From assembly GCA_041686075.1 (NCBI GenBank), contig JAWLEO010000014.1, positions 2,627 to 66,626 of the forward strand: DNA of 64,000 bases. The letters run 5' to 3'. The stretch comes from Bacteroidales bacterium (GTDB lineage Bacteria; Bacteroidota; Bacteroidia; Bacteroidales; VadinHA17). A program made the position numbers and the translations under genes. Below, one piece after another: positions 52,601-63,400 of the stretch (its first letter is position 1; the number at the start of each line of letters is the position of its first letter). The notes beneath the pieces are model-generated. The model saw nothing but the letters and a program-made list of their open reading frames with translations, ran no database searches and had not been told where the DNA came from.

Positions 52601-52804
52601 GCCATCATAAAAACAAAGGCCTTTGTCTGTTCCCAGCCAGATAAAACCATCATTGTCCTGGTTAATTGTATAAATAAAACGCCCCGGCAATCCTTCATTA
52701 ACGCTATAATTTGTAAACTGGTAGGTCTGCGACAGGGATAAAATAGAATTGAAGGATAAGAATAATAATACTATCGAATTTTTAAACAGGAGCTTCCGGA
52801 TCAT
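49646..52804 (-). CDS. Periplasmic beta-propeller/Y_Y_Y sensor fused to SpoIIE (PP2C) phosphatase
   Basis: Reg_prop repeats (QDNDGFIWLGT), Y_Y_Y, PFWKTWWF TM helix, DSINYAQRIQ, VSGDFYW, ADSTGHGVPGA, DGMD, SDGYPDQFGG, QVDD. Confidence 0.9.
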   Translation of the reverse strand: MIRKLLFKNSIVLLFLSFNSILSLSQTYQFTNYSVNEGLPGRFIYTINQDNDGFIWLGTDKGLCFYDGFEYHMSYVSDTLETNFPISSYEAQDGTIYFGFNDGTVHYTDGRHLKEIPGIDAVRVNNISENRDSIIFIITQSKGLYAFDPENNTSTISIDNPVNEFLFCGAFTEDDQMVLGTQNGLSLCSFEDDTLKEIAVADELMYNKVQDIKQSNKAGIYFIGTEDNGLFAASFDNGKINLKRIGEEDIFTRSRIQSLMIDSKGTLWISTFRNGLIKAEIDSITADIISYEVLGVDAGMPGNDIKTSYEDDWGNIWIGHFGSGVSVLRSEAYKFYRPANVPDKNNIIYVDEFKGNIFAGTAEGYYLFDINAESTLSYTDLRRSVNGARISDYYLYDDGSILLGTEGQGVYTRDSNGRTDILFRSGNNMENYIEDILDESGYIWLGTRGGVISINKVTKSISRFTTSEKLPHNNINQLVPLGDGNVIVATESKRLYQINPDTGVSSGKTIIYGGVKNVFQSFAVEKENKIWGATIGSGVFCFESDAVWSITNRNGLYSDFCYSILCDSRNKIWIGHRRGFSVYNQAIDEIRTFVDIFGTGADCNENAICETSEGHVLIGTTEGFMLYNPEKEKEELKPPETNILSVTINDSIMPQKDVYNLPYKSRYTVKIDYVGLNYSDPEKVYYSYSMENYDTEWSDPTYARSVTYRLGDGSYRFNILAYVYEDISDDQIKSFEINIKKPFWKTWWFISAAVLLLVVIVVVIIKVRERKQARVKKFLEEELAERTKEVIVQKEEIEYKNREITDSINYAQRIQASLLPPVKRLNENFQGSFVFFRPRDIVSGDFYWFDKVSDDKIMIVCADSTGHGVPGAFMSMIGSALLQEIVNRKDITRPSEILRALDNEITTTLNQTGDDTSNDGMDMVVCEYNPKIRLLRFASALRPVIIVMDGEQYYFRGNKNSVGGEYMEEKFFDDQEYYLKNNDIVYLFSDGYPDQFGGADGKKLKIVRLKRLIEEIKDLNMDEQQKRVNDYFDEWKGSYPQVDDVLMMGFRI

Positions 52805-52811
52805 TAATTTG

Positions 52812-53795
52812 CTATTTTTCTACTTCTATTCTATTTGCTTTAAGGCTGGGATTATATACCGGTACACCACCAATGGGAACCGTGAAGAATTCCAGGTATT
52901 CGCCATACTGGTTTTGAACGGATATAACCACGTTATTATTTCTGACGAGTGGAGATTTCTTTTTAATGAACTGAAAATCAAGAGATGAATTAATTTCTTC
53001 CTCGTCGATCTTTATTTTACTTTCCACCCAGTTATCTTCACCAGACGTTTCTGCCAGATAGCCCCTGCGTACACGAGACACAACCCTTATGTATCCATCA
53101 TCATCCCAGTCAAAATTAACCTGCTTCACATATATTGTGGCTGTATCAATATAGGGATAAATATGGGATACATTATCCGAGTTATTCCACATTCTGAATG
53201 AGTATTCGTAGGTAAAAGCATTGCCGTCCTCGATTGCGTTGTTTTCATCCGGATCGGTACTCAGAAAATACCTGTAGAGGTTTCCATCATCTCCTTCTAT
53301 TCCTTCACAGATAATTTTAAAAATATAACCACCGAATTCATCAACTTTTTCTCCCTCCGCAGGGTTGAAGGGGCCAAATGTATACCAGTCATCATCATAC
53401 CTTTGGTCTTCACCAAACACTTTGGAGGCCAATAATATACCACTTCTGTAATTGCCAACCGGGTCGATACCCTTGGCATCGTCATCGCTCCATGACCCCT
53501 CACCTCCGTAAACAGAATAAGACATCCTGGTATCCCACACACCGTTTATTTCATCCACTTCACCCCCGGTGTCGGGATCATAAACCCTTATGTAAAAAGG
53601 CTCGGAATAGGACAGTGGCACTTTAAAAAAGAATGTTTGTGAGAAGTCATCGTCACCCCATGAAGTTTCTCCATCGCATCCGAATGTCATCAGGTGTGGT
53701 ATATTTTCGTCACTGGCAGGCACCGGTTGCGACCGGGAGTACAATGCTATGCTCAGCAGACAGATAATCAGTATGTATTTACTTAAATTTTTCAC
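52812..53795 (-). CDS. Secreted hypothetical protein
   Basis: Signal peptide; acidic, beta-rich; co-oriented within the T9SS operon. Confidence 0.75.
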   Translation of the reverse strand: MKNLSKYILIICLLSIALYSRSQPVPASDENIPHLMTFGCDGETSWGDDDFSQTFFFKVPLSYSEPFYIRVYDPDTGGEVDEINGVWDTRMSYSVYGGEGSWSDDDAKGIDPVGNYRSGILLASKVFGEDQRYDDDWYTFGPFNPAEGEKVDEFGGYIFKIICEGIEGDDGNLYRYFLSTDPDENNAIEDGNAFTYEYSFRMWNNSDNVSHIYPYIDTATIYVKQVNFDWDDDGYIRVVSRVRRGYLAETSGEDNWVESKIKIDEEEINSSLDFQFIKKKSPLVRNNNVVISVQNQYGEYLEFFTVPIGGVPVYNPSLKANRIEVEK

Positions 53796-53835
53796 ATTCC
53801 TTAATATCAGTGCAAAAATAGCATAATTAGTTAAA

Positions 53836-55272
53836 TCATCTCATCCTCACCACTATATTCTTTGACACACATGTTTCCCGTACATTTCCTTCCTCGTCGG
53901 GCTGCGAACTCACAATAAGCTGTATGTTAAATAAGCCCTCTTCCATATACGTCTTTTCAATTGTTATTCCCCTGCCCGCTGTGCCATCATCAAAATTCCA
54001 GTAATACTCAGCGATATCCCATCCTGGGAGGTAGCTCATAGATGCATCCAGGCTGATGGTCTCGCCTGCATAGCATGTATCAGGTGATGAAATGAATGCC
54101 TGCTCGGTCCTTTCAATCTGCAGCAGGTAGCTTGTTTCATTTTTTCGCACCTCACCGGTGATCGTATCTATCACATTAAGTTTAACAAGATATGTGCCGG
54201 GTTCCTCGAAACAATGGATAGCCCTTGCCTCAACAGTCTGTAGTTTTGTGCCATCATCAAAATCCCATTCATAGGTGAAAGGTATTGAATCAAATTTCAC
54301 CGAATTTTCTTCTACAAATTCCCAGCAGAAATCTTCATAGACAAGTTCATTGCATTCACTCATTCTTCTGATAAGTGATGAATAGATATATATATCATCT
54401 GTTCTGTCCCTGTTTGAAGCGAAATATCCTTGGTCTTTGTTGTCTTCCTTGAAGAGTCCGAAATCATCTGCCGCTGAATTTATAGGTTCCGGCATCAATA
54501 CCGGCTTAGACCACTGATCATTATTCATTCTCGTTTTATAGATGTCAAGGCCTCCATATCCTCCTTCACGGTCAGAAGTAAAAAAGAGAACCCCTTCAGG
54601 GCTGAAAAAGGGATATAGTTCAGAAGAGGGACTGTTTACTGCAGTGCCCAGGTTTTCAGGTTCAGACCAGGTGTTGTTCTCCCACCGACACAGGTATAAA
54701 TCAGAGCCTCCATAACCACCGGGTATATCCGACGAGAAGAAAAGGTATTTACCATCGGCACTGATAAAGGGGTGGCCCAGGTTCCATAAAGGATCATTAT
54801 ATTCGAATGGCCTCGGTTCTGACCAGCCGGTGGTAGTTTTTTCGGCAATAAGTATTCCGCTCCTGTTTTCAAAATCGCTCCTGAAAGCACTATTTCCCCT
54901 TTCAACATCACTGGTATAATATATCTGGCGGCCATCAGGGCTGAAGCAAAAAGGCCCCTGGGTAAATATTGTGTGCAGATCTTTCGAAAATATTTCTGGC
55001 CGTCCCCATTCCATAGTGTCTTCACGCACAGCGTAAAATATGTTATATATACGGTCGCCTTCAAATGTCTTATTATTAACCGCCCCTGATGTGCGCCGGT
55101 CAGAACAGAAGGCTATACCTTCGCCAAGGGGAACAACCGTCATTTCATTAAACTGGTTTGAGCTCAGCGGTAGCTTCTCAACTTTAATCATATTATCAGC
55201 CTGTCCGTGTAAGATATTTACAGGCACAAGAAAAAGAAGCAATAATATGTATACGCTGTATAATTTCCGCAT
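53836..55272 (-). CDS. PD40 (TolB-like propeller) + PKD domain protein, PorE-like but without OmpA domain
   Basis: FSPDGRQIYYTS, ISADGKYLFFSSD..GGYGGSDLY, LFFTSDREGGYGGLDIY; two W.FDDG PKD units. Confidence 0.8.
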   Translation of the reverse strand: MRKLYSVYILLLLFLVPVNILHGQADNMIKVEKLPLSSNQFNEMTVVPLGEGIAFCSDRRTSGAVNNKTFEGDRIYNIFYAVREDTMEWGRPEIFSKDLHTIFTQGPFCFSPDGRQIYYTSDVERGNSAFRSDFENRSGILIAEKTTTGWSEPRPFEYNDPLWNLGHPFISADGKYLFFSSDIPGGYGGSDLYLCRWENNTWSEPENLGTAVNSPSSELYPFFSPEGVLFFTSDREGGYGGLDIYKTRMNNDQWSKPVLMPEPINSAADDFGLFKEDNKDQGYFASNRDRTDDIYIYSSLIRRMSECNELVYEDFCWEFVEENSVKFDSIPFTYEWDFDDGTKLQTVEARAIHCFEEPGTYLVKLNVIDTITGEVRKNETSYLLQIERTEQAFISSPDTCYAGETISLDASMSYLPGWDIAEYYWNFDDGTAGRGITIEKTYMEEGLFNIQLIVSSQPDEEGNVRETCVSKNIVVRMR

Positions 55273-55273
55273 C

Positions 55274-56200
55274 TTAAAAATATCGTGGATTTGAAGCACT
55301 CACTGTTTTTCCAAACTCATATCTCAACGCTACTTCATGTGTACCCCCGACAAAGGTACTTATGCTGCCCAGGTTATATTCATATGCATATCCCAGTTTA
55401 AACTGCTGGCTGAGCTGAAATTCAAGTATGCCGACAATCACTTCCTCCCCCAGCCTCCAGGAAGCACCTATCCAGAGAAAATCGGAAATAATAAAATTAC
55501 CGTTTAAATCTATTAAGAACGGACTGCTAAAAGAATACCTTGCCAGTACCGAAGGTTTAAACTTGAAGCCCTCAGTAAAACTCAGCAAGCCTCCCGCAGT
55601 ACCCATGAAATAATAGTTTTCATAATCATGGTATAGTTCATAACCACTTCTGCTACTGTTCTCACGGTAACTGAACATTTCCGGGACGGCAAGACCTGCA
55701 AAAAAGACATTTGAATTATAATATACACCCACTCCTACATTGGGCAGGGTATAGGAGGATATAGCTTCTGTAAATGCCGGATCCGGCTCAACCGTATTAA
55801 TACTGGAATAATCATTATTCACCATGTCCGCCCCTGCTTTTATCCCGAGAGACCACCTGCCTTTATCAGTTTTAATGTGAAAGGCATAACTGGCAAATAC
55901 GCTTGCTTTCTTAGTGACACCGTATGTCTGGTAATGGGACATAAGACCCAGTGCTATCCTGTCATTCTTCAGCGGGGAGTGAAGGGAAAAAGTGCCCATC
56001 ATTGGAGCCCCGTCAAAATTCAATGATTTCCTCCTTACAGAGAGCGAAGCTGTCAATGCTTCCCTGGTGCCGGTATAAGCGGGATTTATAACAAGACCAT
56101 CAAGCAGGTACTGGCTGTAAACAGGATAATTCTGAGCCCTTGTATTTAAGGTGGTAAATACTAACAGCAGTAATACGGTATATAATGCTATTTTCTTCAT
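55274..56200 (-). CDS. porP: T9SS PorP/SprF family outer membrane protein
   Basis: YSQY...INPAYTG, FKPSVL, GYAYEY, GTHEVALRY, C-terminal PRYF. Confidence 0.92.
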   Translation of the reverse strand: MKKIALYTVLLLLVFTTLNTRAQNYPVYSQYLLDGLVINPAYTGTREALTASLSVRRKSLNFDGAPMMGTFSLHSPLKNDRIALGLMSHYQTYGVTKKASVFASYAFHIKTDKGRWSLGIKAGADMVNNDYSSINTVEPDPAFTEAISSYTLPNVGVGVYYNSNVFFAGLAVPEMFSYRENSSRSGYELYHDYENYYFMGTAGGLLSFTEGFKFKPSVLARYSFSSPFLIDLNGNFIISDFLWIGASWRLGEEVIVGILEFQLSQQFKLGYAYEYNLGSISTFVGGTHEVALRYEFGKTVSASNPRYF

Positions 56201-59200
56201 TTATCTCTTTATCACTACATATCCACTCAGCCGTTCTTTGACCGGTGTTTTTATTGTTAGATAATAGTAGTATGTTCCCTCCGGCAGCGGATCTCCGTCA
56301 ATACCCCTGCCATCCCAGTCGTTATTGTAATTTTTTGCCCTGTAGACCACTGCTCCTGCAAGGTTAGTAACAACCATTTCGTTTTGTGTGTATTCTATAC
56401 CATCTATCATAAATGTCTGGTTGAACTCATCACCATTTGGTGAAAAACCCTGGGGTATCATCACAGTGCTTACCTCAAGTATCACCCTGTCAGATTCGGG
56501 CGGGCATACACCGTTCACTATGGTCCACTCGAGGATATTCTCTCCATATGACAGATCACTTACTGTTGTTGTGGCATAATTTGGATCCATAAATGCGGGA
56601 TCTCCCTGGCTTTGAATCACGGCCCATGTCCCTGTGCCCACCGTTGGTTCTTCGGCTTCAAGGGTATATTCAAACTGGAAAGGTTTAAGTTGCCGGTCAT
56701 CACCTGCAAAGGCAGGCGCAGGGGCTTCCCAGAAAGTGACATCAACCGAAGCTGAATCCTTACATTCCCAGTTAGTTTCCTTCCACCAGAATGTATGGGT
56801 GCCATAACTATCTACGGTAACTGTTTCTGACGAACTGTTTACTTCCACTGATGATACTACGGAACCATCAAAATTCATCCATGTTCCCGTACCCGCACTT
56901 GGATTTGCCTGGAGTGTATATTCGAGTCCACATACTTCATCATCCTCCCCCGGGTCAGCGGCCGGCACCTCATATACCACAACCCTGCGGCTACCGCTCA
57001 TCGAAGTGGCAACACATGTATTATTATCAGTTATTGAGGCAAATGTGTAATCGCTTGTATAAACGGGGGAATGTGTGAAATCGTAATTCGCTCCATCGGC
57101 CTCAAATGAAGGCAGGTCTACCGTACCATCATTTAAGACTACCGTCCATGGCGCCTCTCCTGTAAGAGTCATGGAAACAATAATATCTGTGCCTGCGCAG
57201 GTGGTGTCCAGTGCTGCCGTTATGGTTCCGGTTGGCAGGGGATGAATGCCAACGCTAACCGGACTGCTAATATCCTGGCAGCAATCAGATAAACCCGAGA
57301 ACACTATTCTCCGGTAGTATCTTAGATCCGTTAAACTACCAGGCTGGTAATCGATATCCGTATTGTCTCCGGGAGCAGCTGACCATGTTATATTATCAGG
57401 GCTTTCTTCCCACAGGTAGGTATATACACCATTGCCACCAGTTGGTTCACTGCCAGTAATAATCTCCGGTTCCGTATTGTAACATGTCATTTTATCTTCA
57501 GAGAGAGTATTATTGCCTATAGGTGGCAAGACTGTTATCTTAACTGAATTACTTTCAACAGCACACTCCCCGGACAATACTTTCCGGCGGTACCATGTAT
57601 CCTCAGTTAAGGACGGGGGATTGTAAGCGGCCAGGTTATTTGTTCCGGGCGCTGTACTCCAGCTCACCTCGTCAGCACTATATTGCCATTCGAAAGCATA
57701 AGTCCCACTACCTCCTCCGGGAGCATCTCCTATTATGATATTTGGTGTCTGTCCCGAACAAATAGTAGTGTCAAGGATTCCTGACAATGTGTATATATTA
57801 TTATCTGTGATTGACGGGTGGACATTTATAACAGCAATATTACTTGTATCATCACATACTGATGAAGTGATTATCCTCCTGTACCAGGTTGTATCGGCAA
57901 GGGCCGGAGGATAATAATCTATCTGATCTGCCCCGGAGATCAAGGTCCATGCACCCGCCCTTGTGCTGTCTTCCCAGATATAAGTGTAATTATTACCATC
58001 ACCACCTGTTGGAGTATCTCCGATCAGGGGATCGGGTACTGAATCCTGGCAGATAGACTGGTCAGGTGAAATGATATTATCACCAATTTCAGGAAGACTT
58101 GTCAGGTGCACTGTCAGCGAAGAAGTATCCACACAACAATCGAGTAATCCTGATTTTACTATTCTCTTGTAATATTGATCACCCGGAAAGTTAACTGATC
58201 CTTCATCGGGGTTATAATCTTTTTCGTTGTTGGTACCTTCGGCGGGCACCCAGCTATTCTGGTCGGTACTGCTTATCCATTCGTACCTGTAGGTCCCGTC
58301 ACCGTTAAGAGGATCTGAGCCGGTGAGGTCATTAAAGAGATTATCATGACAGATAAGCTGGTCGGCACCAATGGTATTATTTGTTATAACCGGTAATACT
58401 TCTATTTCAGTAATATTACTTGTATCAGTGCACATACCGGAAACAATCACCCTGGAATAATACCTTGTTGCAGTGAGTGCGGGAGGATCATAATCTTCAT
58501 TGTTCACCGATCCCGGTGCTGTCTGCCAGCTTTCTGATTCAGCGCTGTCGAGCCACTGGTAACTGTATATATTATTCCCTCCCCCCAGTATCAATCCATT
58601 TTGTTGAACCAGCAATTCCGGATCCTGGCCTGCACAGATGATGGTATCATAACCGATAAGATTATTGACGATAGGAGGTTGTACAATAACGGTAACCTCT
58701 TTACTGGTGTCTGATATTGGTGTGGTATTGCTATCGGTTACCACCCTTCTGAACTGCACCGTATCTGTTTCGGGGTCAGTGGGTGTAAAGTTCTGGGTGC
58801 TCCCCGATCCGGGCACCAGTGACCAGTCCGCTTCTTCATCTCCCTTTCTCTCCCACCTGAAAGTATAAGGTGCCAATCCTCCTACAGGTTCTGTCCCAAT
58901 TATTTCATGTGGAATCTGGCCATAACATATGGAATCTATTCTTGTATATGTAAATTCGGATTGTATGGAGTTAAACAGGAAACCATTTAACAATATATTC
59001 AGGTTAGTTCTTATAATTCCATCCGTTCCGGACCCTCCCTGTGAAGACCCTGATGGGTAATCAATCTTACCGGCTTCACCTCCGTCAACACTAAAGTTCA
59101 ATTCTGGTTCGGTGCCCGTACCACTTATCCATATCAGGCCTCCGCCTCCGCCGCCGCCAGTGCCAAACAATTCGTAGCTATGACCACCTGTTCCTCCCTT

Positions 59201-60358
59201 TGCTTCCATGTAGATATCTGAAGATGCATATGATTTAACCGACAGAACCAGTGATCCTGCGCCACCTCCTCCTCCAGCACCCCCATCTCCCGAGGCAATT
59301 GTTGTCACGGTATCACCATTAGCCTTTATGAAATTACCATTTCCTACCACTGTATCTGCCACCAGAAATACTATCCCTCCACCTGGGGCTCCCCCTGTTC
59401 CCGTTCCTCCTCCACTATAGCCGCTTCCGCCACCGCCGCTGCCCATAATTACCCTATCGTCAAAGTCGTCCTCATCTACGCGTATGCCACCCAGTCCACT
59501 CACATTATATCCTGAGGATCGCTGCCTGTGGCCATTCCCACCGGATCCAAAGCTGGCTCCACCGCCTGCTCCGGAGAATTCACCCGTTGCTCCTCCACCT
59601 CCCGAATACAATTTGCCGATACCTTTTGCATAATTTTCAATAAACAATTTATCGCCGGTTCCATTCCTGTGGCTTGCCAGGCTTTCTCCCTTCCTGCCTG
59701 CGACCGTAGAAGATTCACTATAATAATAATTAGTATCCCTGAGTGGTAAGCCATCCATGGTAGCTACAGTACCGCCAGTAAAGCCTTTACCCGAGACATC
59801 AATATCAGCATTCAATTCAAGTCTATTGTTAACTATAAGTGCCAGTACACCACCTGTGCCTGCTATGCTGTCCCAGGCCGGACATGTAAGCTCACCTGTG
59901 ACTGATGCATTTTCATAGGAAGGCACTTTCACAATTTGCAGCAAACCCTCAGCATCATAGCCGTCATAACCCACAAGGTTGTTCCTGAAGATAATCCTGT
60001 TTGGACCTGTTTCAACCTGTTCAATAATTATAACCTCGTAAAAGCCAACACCATAATCACCTGGTTGACCCAGGTAACCATCGGTTGATCCAAACAGGCC
60101 GGATGTCGAATCAGAGGGAGTATATATTGAAACACCTTTCATCTGGATGACAAGTACTGTATCCCCATCGTTGAAACCTGTAACATCATCCAGTATCACT
60201 GCATCAGCGGCTTCAATGGTAGTCACCCGTGAATATGTGGTATTGATTATCCCCGATATATCTTCCTGGGGGGACCCTAATAATATACCTCCGGTCAATG
60301 AAGCCAAAATAGTAAAAAGGGCTGTTAATGATATATTCCTACTAAAATACCGGGTCAT
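56201..60358 (-). CDS. Large T9SS type-B CTD (gliding motility-associated C-terminal domain) surface protein
   Basis: C-terminal IPQGFSPNGDEFN...WDG...LPEGTYYY; Gly-rich N-region; six ~95-aa IC..P..GG.G.Y.Y.W..YRR repeats. Confidence 0.9.
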   Translation of the reverse strand: MTRYFSRNISLTALFTILASLTGGILLGSPQEDISGIINTTYSRVTTIEAADAVILDDVTGFNDGDTVLVIQMKGVSIYTPSDSTSGLFGSTDGYLGQPGDYGVGFYEVIIIEQVETGPNRIIFRNNLVGYDGYDAEGLLQIVKVPSYENASVTGELTCPAWDSIAGTGGVLALIVNNRLELNADIDVSGKGFTGGTVATMDGLPLRDTNYYYSESSTVAGRKGESLASHRNGTGDKLFIENYAKGIGKLYSGGGGATGEFSGAGGGASFGSGGNGHRQRSSGYNVSGLGGIRVDEDDFDDRVIMGSGGGGSGYSGGGTGTGGAPGGGIVFLVADTVVGNGNFIKANGDTVTTIASGDGGAGGGGGAGSLVLSVKSYASSDIYMEAKGGTGGHSYELFGTGGGGGGGLIWISGTGTEPELNFSVDGGEAGKIDYPSGSSQGGSGTDGIIRTNLNILLNGFLFNSIQSEFTYTRIDSICYGQIPHEIIGTEPVGGLAPYTFRWERKGDEEADWSLVPGSGSTQNFTPTDPETDTVQFRRVVTDSNTTPISDTSKEVTVIVQPPIVNNLIGYDTIICAGQDPELLVQQNGLILGGGNNIYSYQWLDSAESESWQTAPGSVNNEDYDPPALTATRYYSRVIVSGMCTDTSNITEIEVLPVITNNTIGADQLICHDNLFNDLTGSDPLNGDGTYRYEWISSTDQNSWVPAEGTNNEKDYNPDEGSVNFPGDQYYKRIVKSGLLDCCVDTSSLTVHLTSLPEIGDNIISPDQSICQDSVPDPLIGDTPTGGDGNNYTYIWEDSTRAGAWTLISGADQIDYYPPALADTTWYRRIITSSVCDDTSNIAVINVHPSITDNNIYTLSGILDTTICSGQTPNIIIGDAPGGGSGTYAFEWQYSADEVSWSTAPGTNNLAAYNPPSLTEDTWYRRKVLSGECAVESNSVKITVLPPIGNNTLSEDKMTCYNTEPEIITGSEPTGGNGVYTYLWEESPDNITWSAAPGDNTDIDYQPGSLTDLRYYRRIVFSGLSDCCQDISSPVSVGIHPLPTGTITAALDTTCAGTDIIVSMTLTGEAPWTVVLNDGTVDLPSFEADGANYDFTHSPVYTSDYTFASITDNNTCVATSMSGSRRVVVYEVPAADPGEDDEVCGLEYTLQANPSAGTGTWMNFDGSVVSSVEVNSSSETVTVDSYGTHTFWWKETNWECKDSASVDVTFWEAPAPAFAGDDRQLKPFQFEYTLEAEEPTVGTGTWAVIQSQGDPAFMDPNYATTTVSDLSYGENILEWTIVNGVCPPESDRVILEVSTVMIPQGFSPNGDEFNQTFMIDGIEYTQNEMVVTNLAGAVVYRAKNYNNDWDGRGIDGDPLPEGTYYYYLTIKTPVKERLSGYVVIKR

Positions 60359-60470
60359 TTATCAGATCTATAATAATGCTAATATAATTATTTTTATCAC
60401 ATTATTCATTATCGGTTCGGCAGGAAAACTGTTCTTTTATATTCTTTTTTATCAACATACAAAGCTGTTT

Positions 60471-63400
60471 TTATTCCAGGCTGTACGACAATAAGGGGTA
60501 CTCTATATAAAAAACGCTCCCCCTTCCCGGTTCAGATTCAAACCATATTTCACCGTCAGCTGTTTCAACCACCCTTTTTACAATGGCCAGTCCAAGCCCC
60601 ATACCTGACGATTTGGTTGTGAAATTAGGGGTAAAAAGCTTGTCTTTGAGCTCATCCGGTATACCCACTCCATTATCTTCAACCCTGATAAGTGCCCTGT
60701 TGTTATTCACTGAAAGACTTATGTTGATAATCCCCTTCCTGCTTCCTGGTATTGCCTGTACCGCATTCCTGATTACATTTGAAAGCATGCTGTTCATTTG
60801 TTCCTTATCAGCAAATACCTTCACTTCTTTGAGTCCGTTGAAATTAATATTGATATCTATATTCTTGATATCACTATATAAATCAGCTGCAGCGTTAATG
60901 TGAGCTACCAGGTCAGTTTCGCGGGGACTGGCTTTGGGCATACGGGCGAAGCTTGAAAACTCTGATGCTATTGAGGACAAATTATCTATCTGCTCTATCT
61001 GGTACTGTTTAAAACTTTCAAGATTATCTTCAAAATTTTCAGGATTATCTTTCCATTTCTTATATAACTGCTGCACATTAAGCTTCATCGGGGTGAGGGG
61101 ATTTTTTATCTCATGGGCTATTTGTTTTGCCATTTCCCTCCATGCGTCTTCCCTCTCCGAGCGTGCCAGCTTCATTGCACTTTTCTGCAATTCATCAAGC
61201 ATTTTATTATATTGCTGAACAAGTTCCGATATTTCATCATGCCCCCTGTATTCAAGTGGTTTGCTTTTTTCTTCAAGCCTTACCGAAGCCAGGCCCTGCT
61301 GCAACATTCTCAAAGGATTTGTTATTCTTACAGAGATGAAAACCGCTATACTCAATGATATGACAATCAGTATCATTGTGAAATTTATCATGGCCACTAT
61401 CAGGTTCGAAGTCTCCTCGTTTATCCTGCTTTGCATATTGAAATAAGGAAGATTAAGATAGACAAGCACCTTGTTCTGGTTGTTCACAAAAGGGGTGTAA
61501 GCTGACAAATATTCAAGCTTTCCTATCCTTTCATTCTGAATATACTGTGCCTGCCCCTCATGCTTTAACCTGGTATAGGCTTCGAAATTCATCCTTTTGC
61601 TCTTCAGGTTATTATTGAACACCTCCCTCCTTGAGGTTGCAACTAGTTCTCCTCTGGTATCATAAAGGTTAATATCAAAACGGAATACATTGGAAAACTT
61701 AATCAGCAATTCGTCCAGGTTGGAATAACTCTCTGCACTCCATGTTTGAGTAAGAGTATCAACTTCAGATAATTTATGATCCAGTTCAATATACACCGAT
61801 CCCAGTTTTTCCTCGATGTTTTCATAGTGTTTACTGCGGTACTGGTTAATACTGAGTATCACAACTACAGTTCCTATTGCAACGATTGATCCAAGAAGGA
61901 TTCCGATAAATGCCACCTGCAGTTTCTGGGTAAAATTCAAAGTACCCGGGAAAATATTTTCCGGGGGTTTTATAATAAGCAGCATTAATAAGTGCAGAAT
62001 AAAAAATGCAACGAAGAGATATGTGAATGTTATGATAATATCAATAAAAGTGAGGCAGGGTCTGGCCACAACTATTGATATTTTACCGGAGGAATATATA
62101 AAATATTCTTCGCCGGCATCAACCGTCACAGTATGATATCCGGTGGAATCATTTAAGGGTAGATTTAAATTGTTCTCAAAAGGGTAATCCCCGGTCTGTA
62201 ACACCAAAGAGCCATTGATGTATTTAGCAATTGAATAATCCCCGGTATTAATTCTCTTATCATATTCTTTATCTATCAGGAGTTCAGGATATCCCGACTG
62301 GGTATATTTTAGCAGATGTATAAGTTCAATGAATAAGCCTGTCTTTCCCCCGTTTTCACCTTTAAAATAAAGGCAGCCCAGGTAATATGGCCTGCCTGAA
62401 TTATTGTCAAGGAAAACCAGATTACTGTCACTTACGGGGGTGCCCATTTCCCTGGCTCTGTTCTGAAAAAAATCAAAACAATTTTCAACCCTGCCGGTAT
62501 CAGATTCAAAATACAGTGGTGAATCTTCCTTACATATAGTGTACATCCTGTCATAATTATCCCAGTAGCCTGTGAAATATACACTGTCAAGATAGGAATA
62601 TACCGCGTGTACATCCTCGGGGCTTAAAAAATCTTTATTCATCATCTCCGGCATCAGGCTGTCATTTTCCAGTTCCGGCCATAAATCAAGCAAGAGTGCT
62701 TCACCGTATATATCATTCTGATTACTGAAATTTACTGCTATTACTTTTAATTTTTCCGTTTCTTTTTGCCAGGTCAGACCGGGGACGAGATAGGCTGCAT
62801 AAGCAGCCGTTATTATGGCAAAAGTCACTGATATGTTTAGCAGCCTTGATTTTTCTTTTCTGAAGAACCAAGCCTGGGCAAGCAATAAAATAAATACGAG
62901 GATATGTACTATAGAGTACTCGCCTGCTGCCATGTTTAGCAGGTATAGTATAACCAATGATACGACCAGGGCCGGAAAGATGTTTTTTAACCGCAGCTTC
63001 CTACAAAATCTCACAAACCGCAAGAGGTAAATACTTAATCCAACAAGTATTAAACCAGCTGCAGTGATACTGATCACAGTAAATATGTCTACATCAAGAA
63101 TCTCATAAATTTTGAAGTGGATATTGGATTCGAGTATTAGTGCATGCAGCAGCCTGTTGAATAAAAAGAAAATAAATGAAGATATTGAAAAAAAGACCGT
63201 TAATTTTAAGAAATCCATCGAAGGCCTCCTGCCGTCACATGAGGGATCCGGGAAATACCTGTAAAACTCAAGGCAGGCAAACAGGAATAAGACACTCAGG
63301 AATAATAAATGACCGGCTGATGGAACCAGGGGACCCAGATTAAACCTGAAAGAAGAGAAAATCTCCATTCCTGTAAAGATGCCGGGCTTATCCAATAGAA

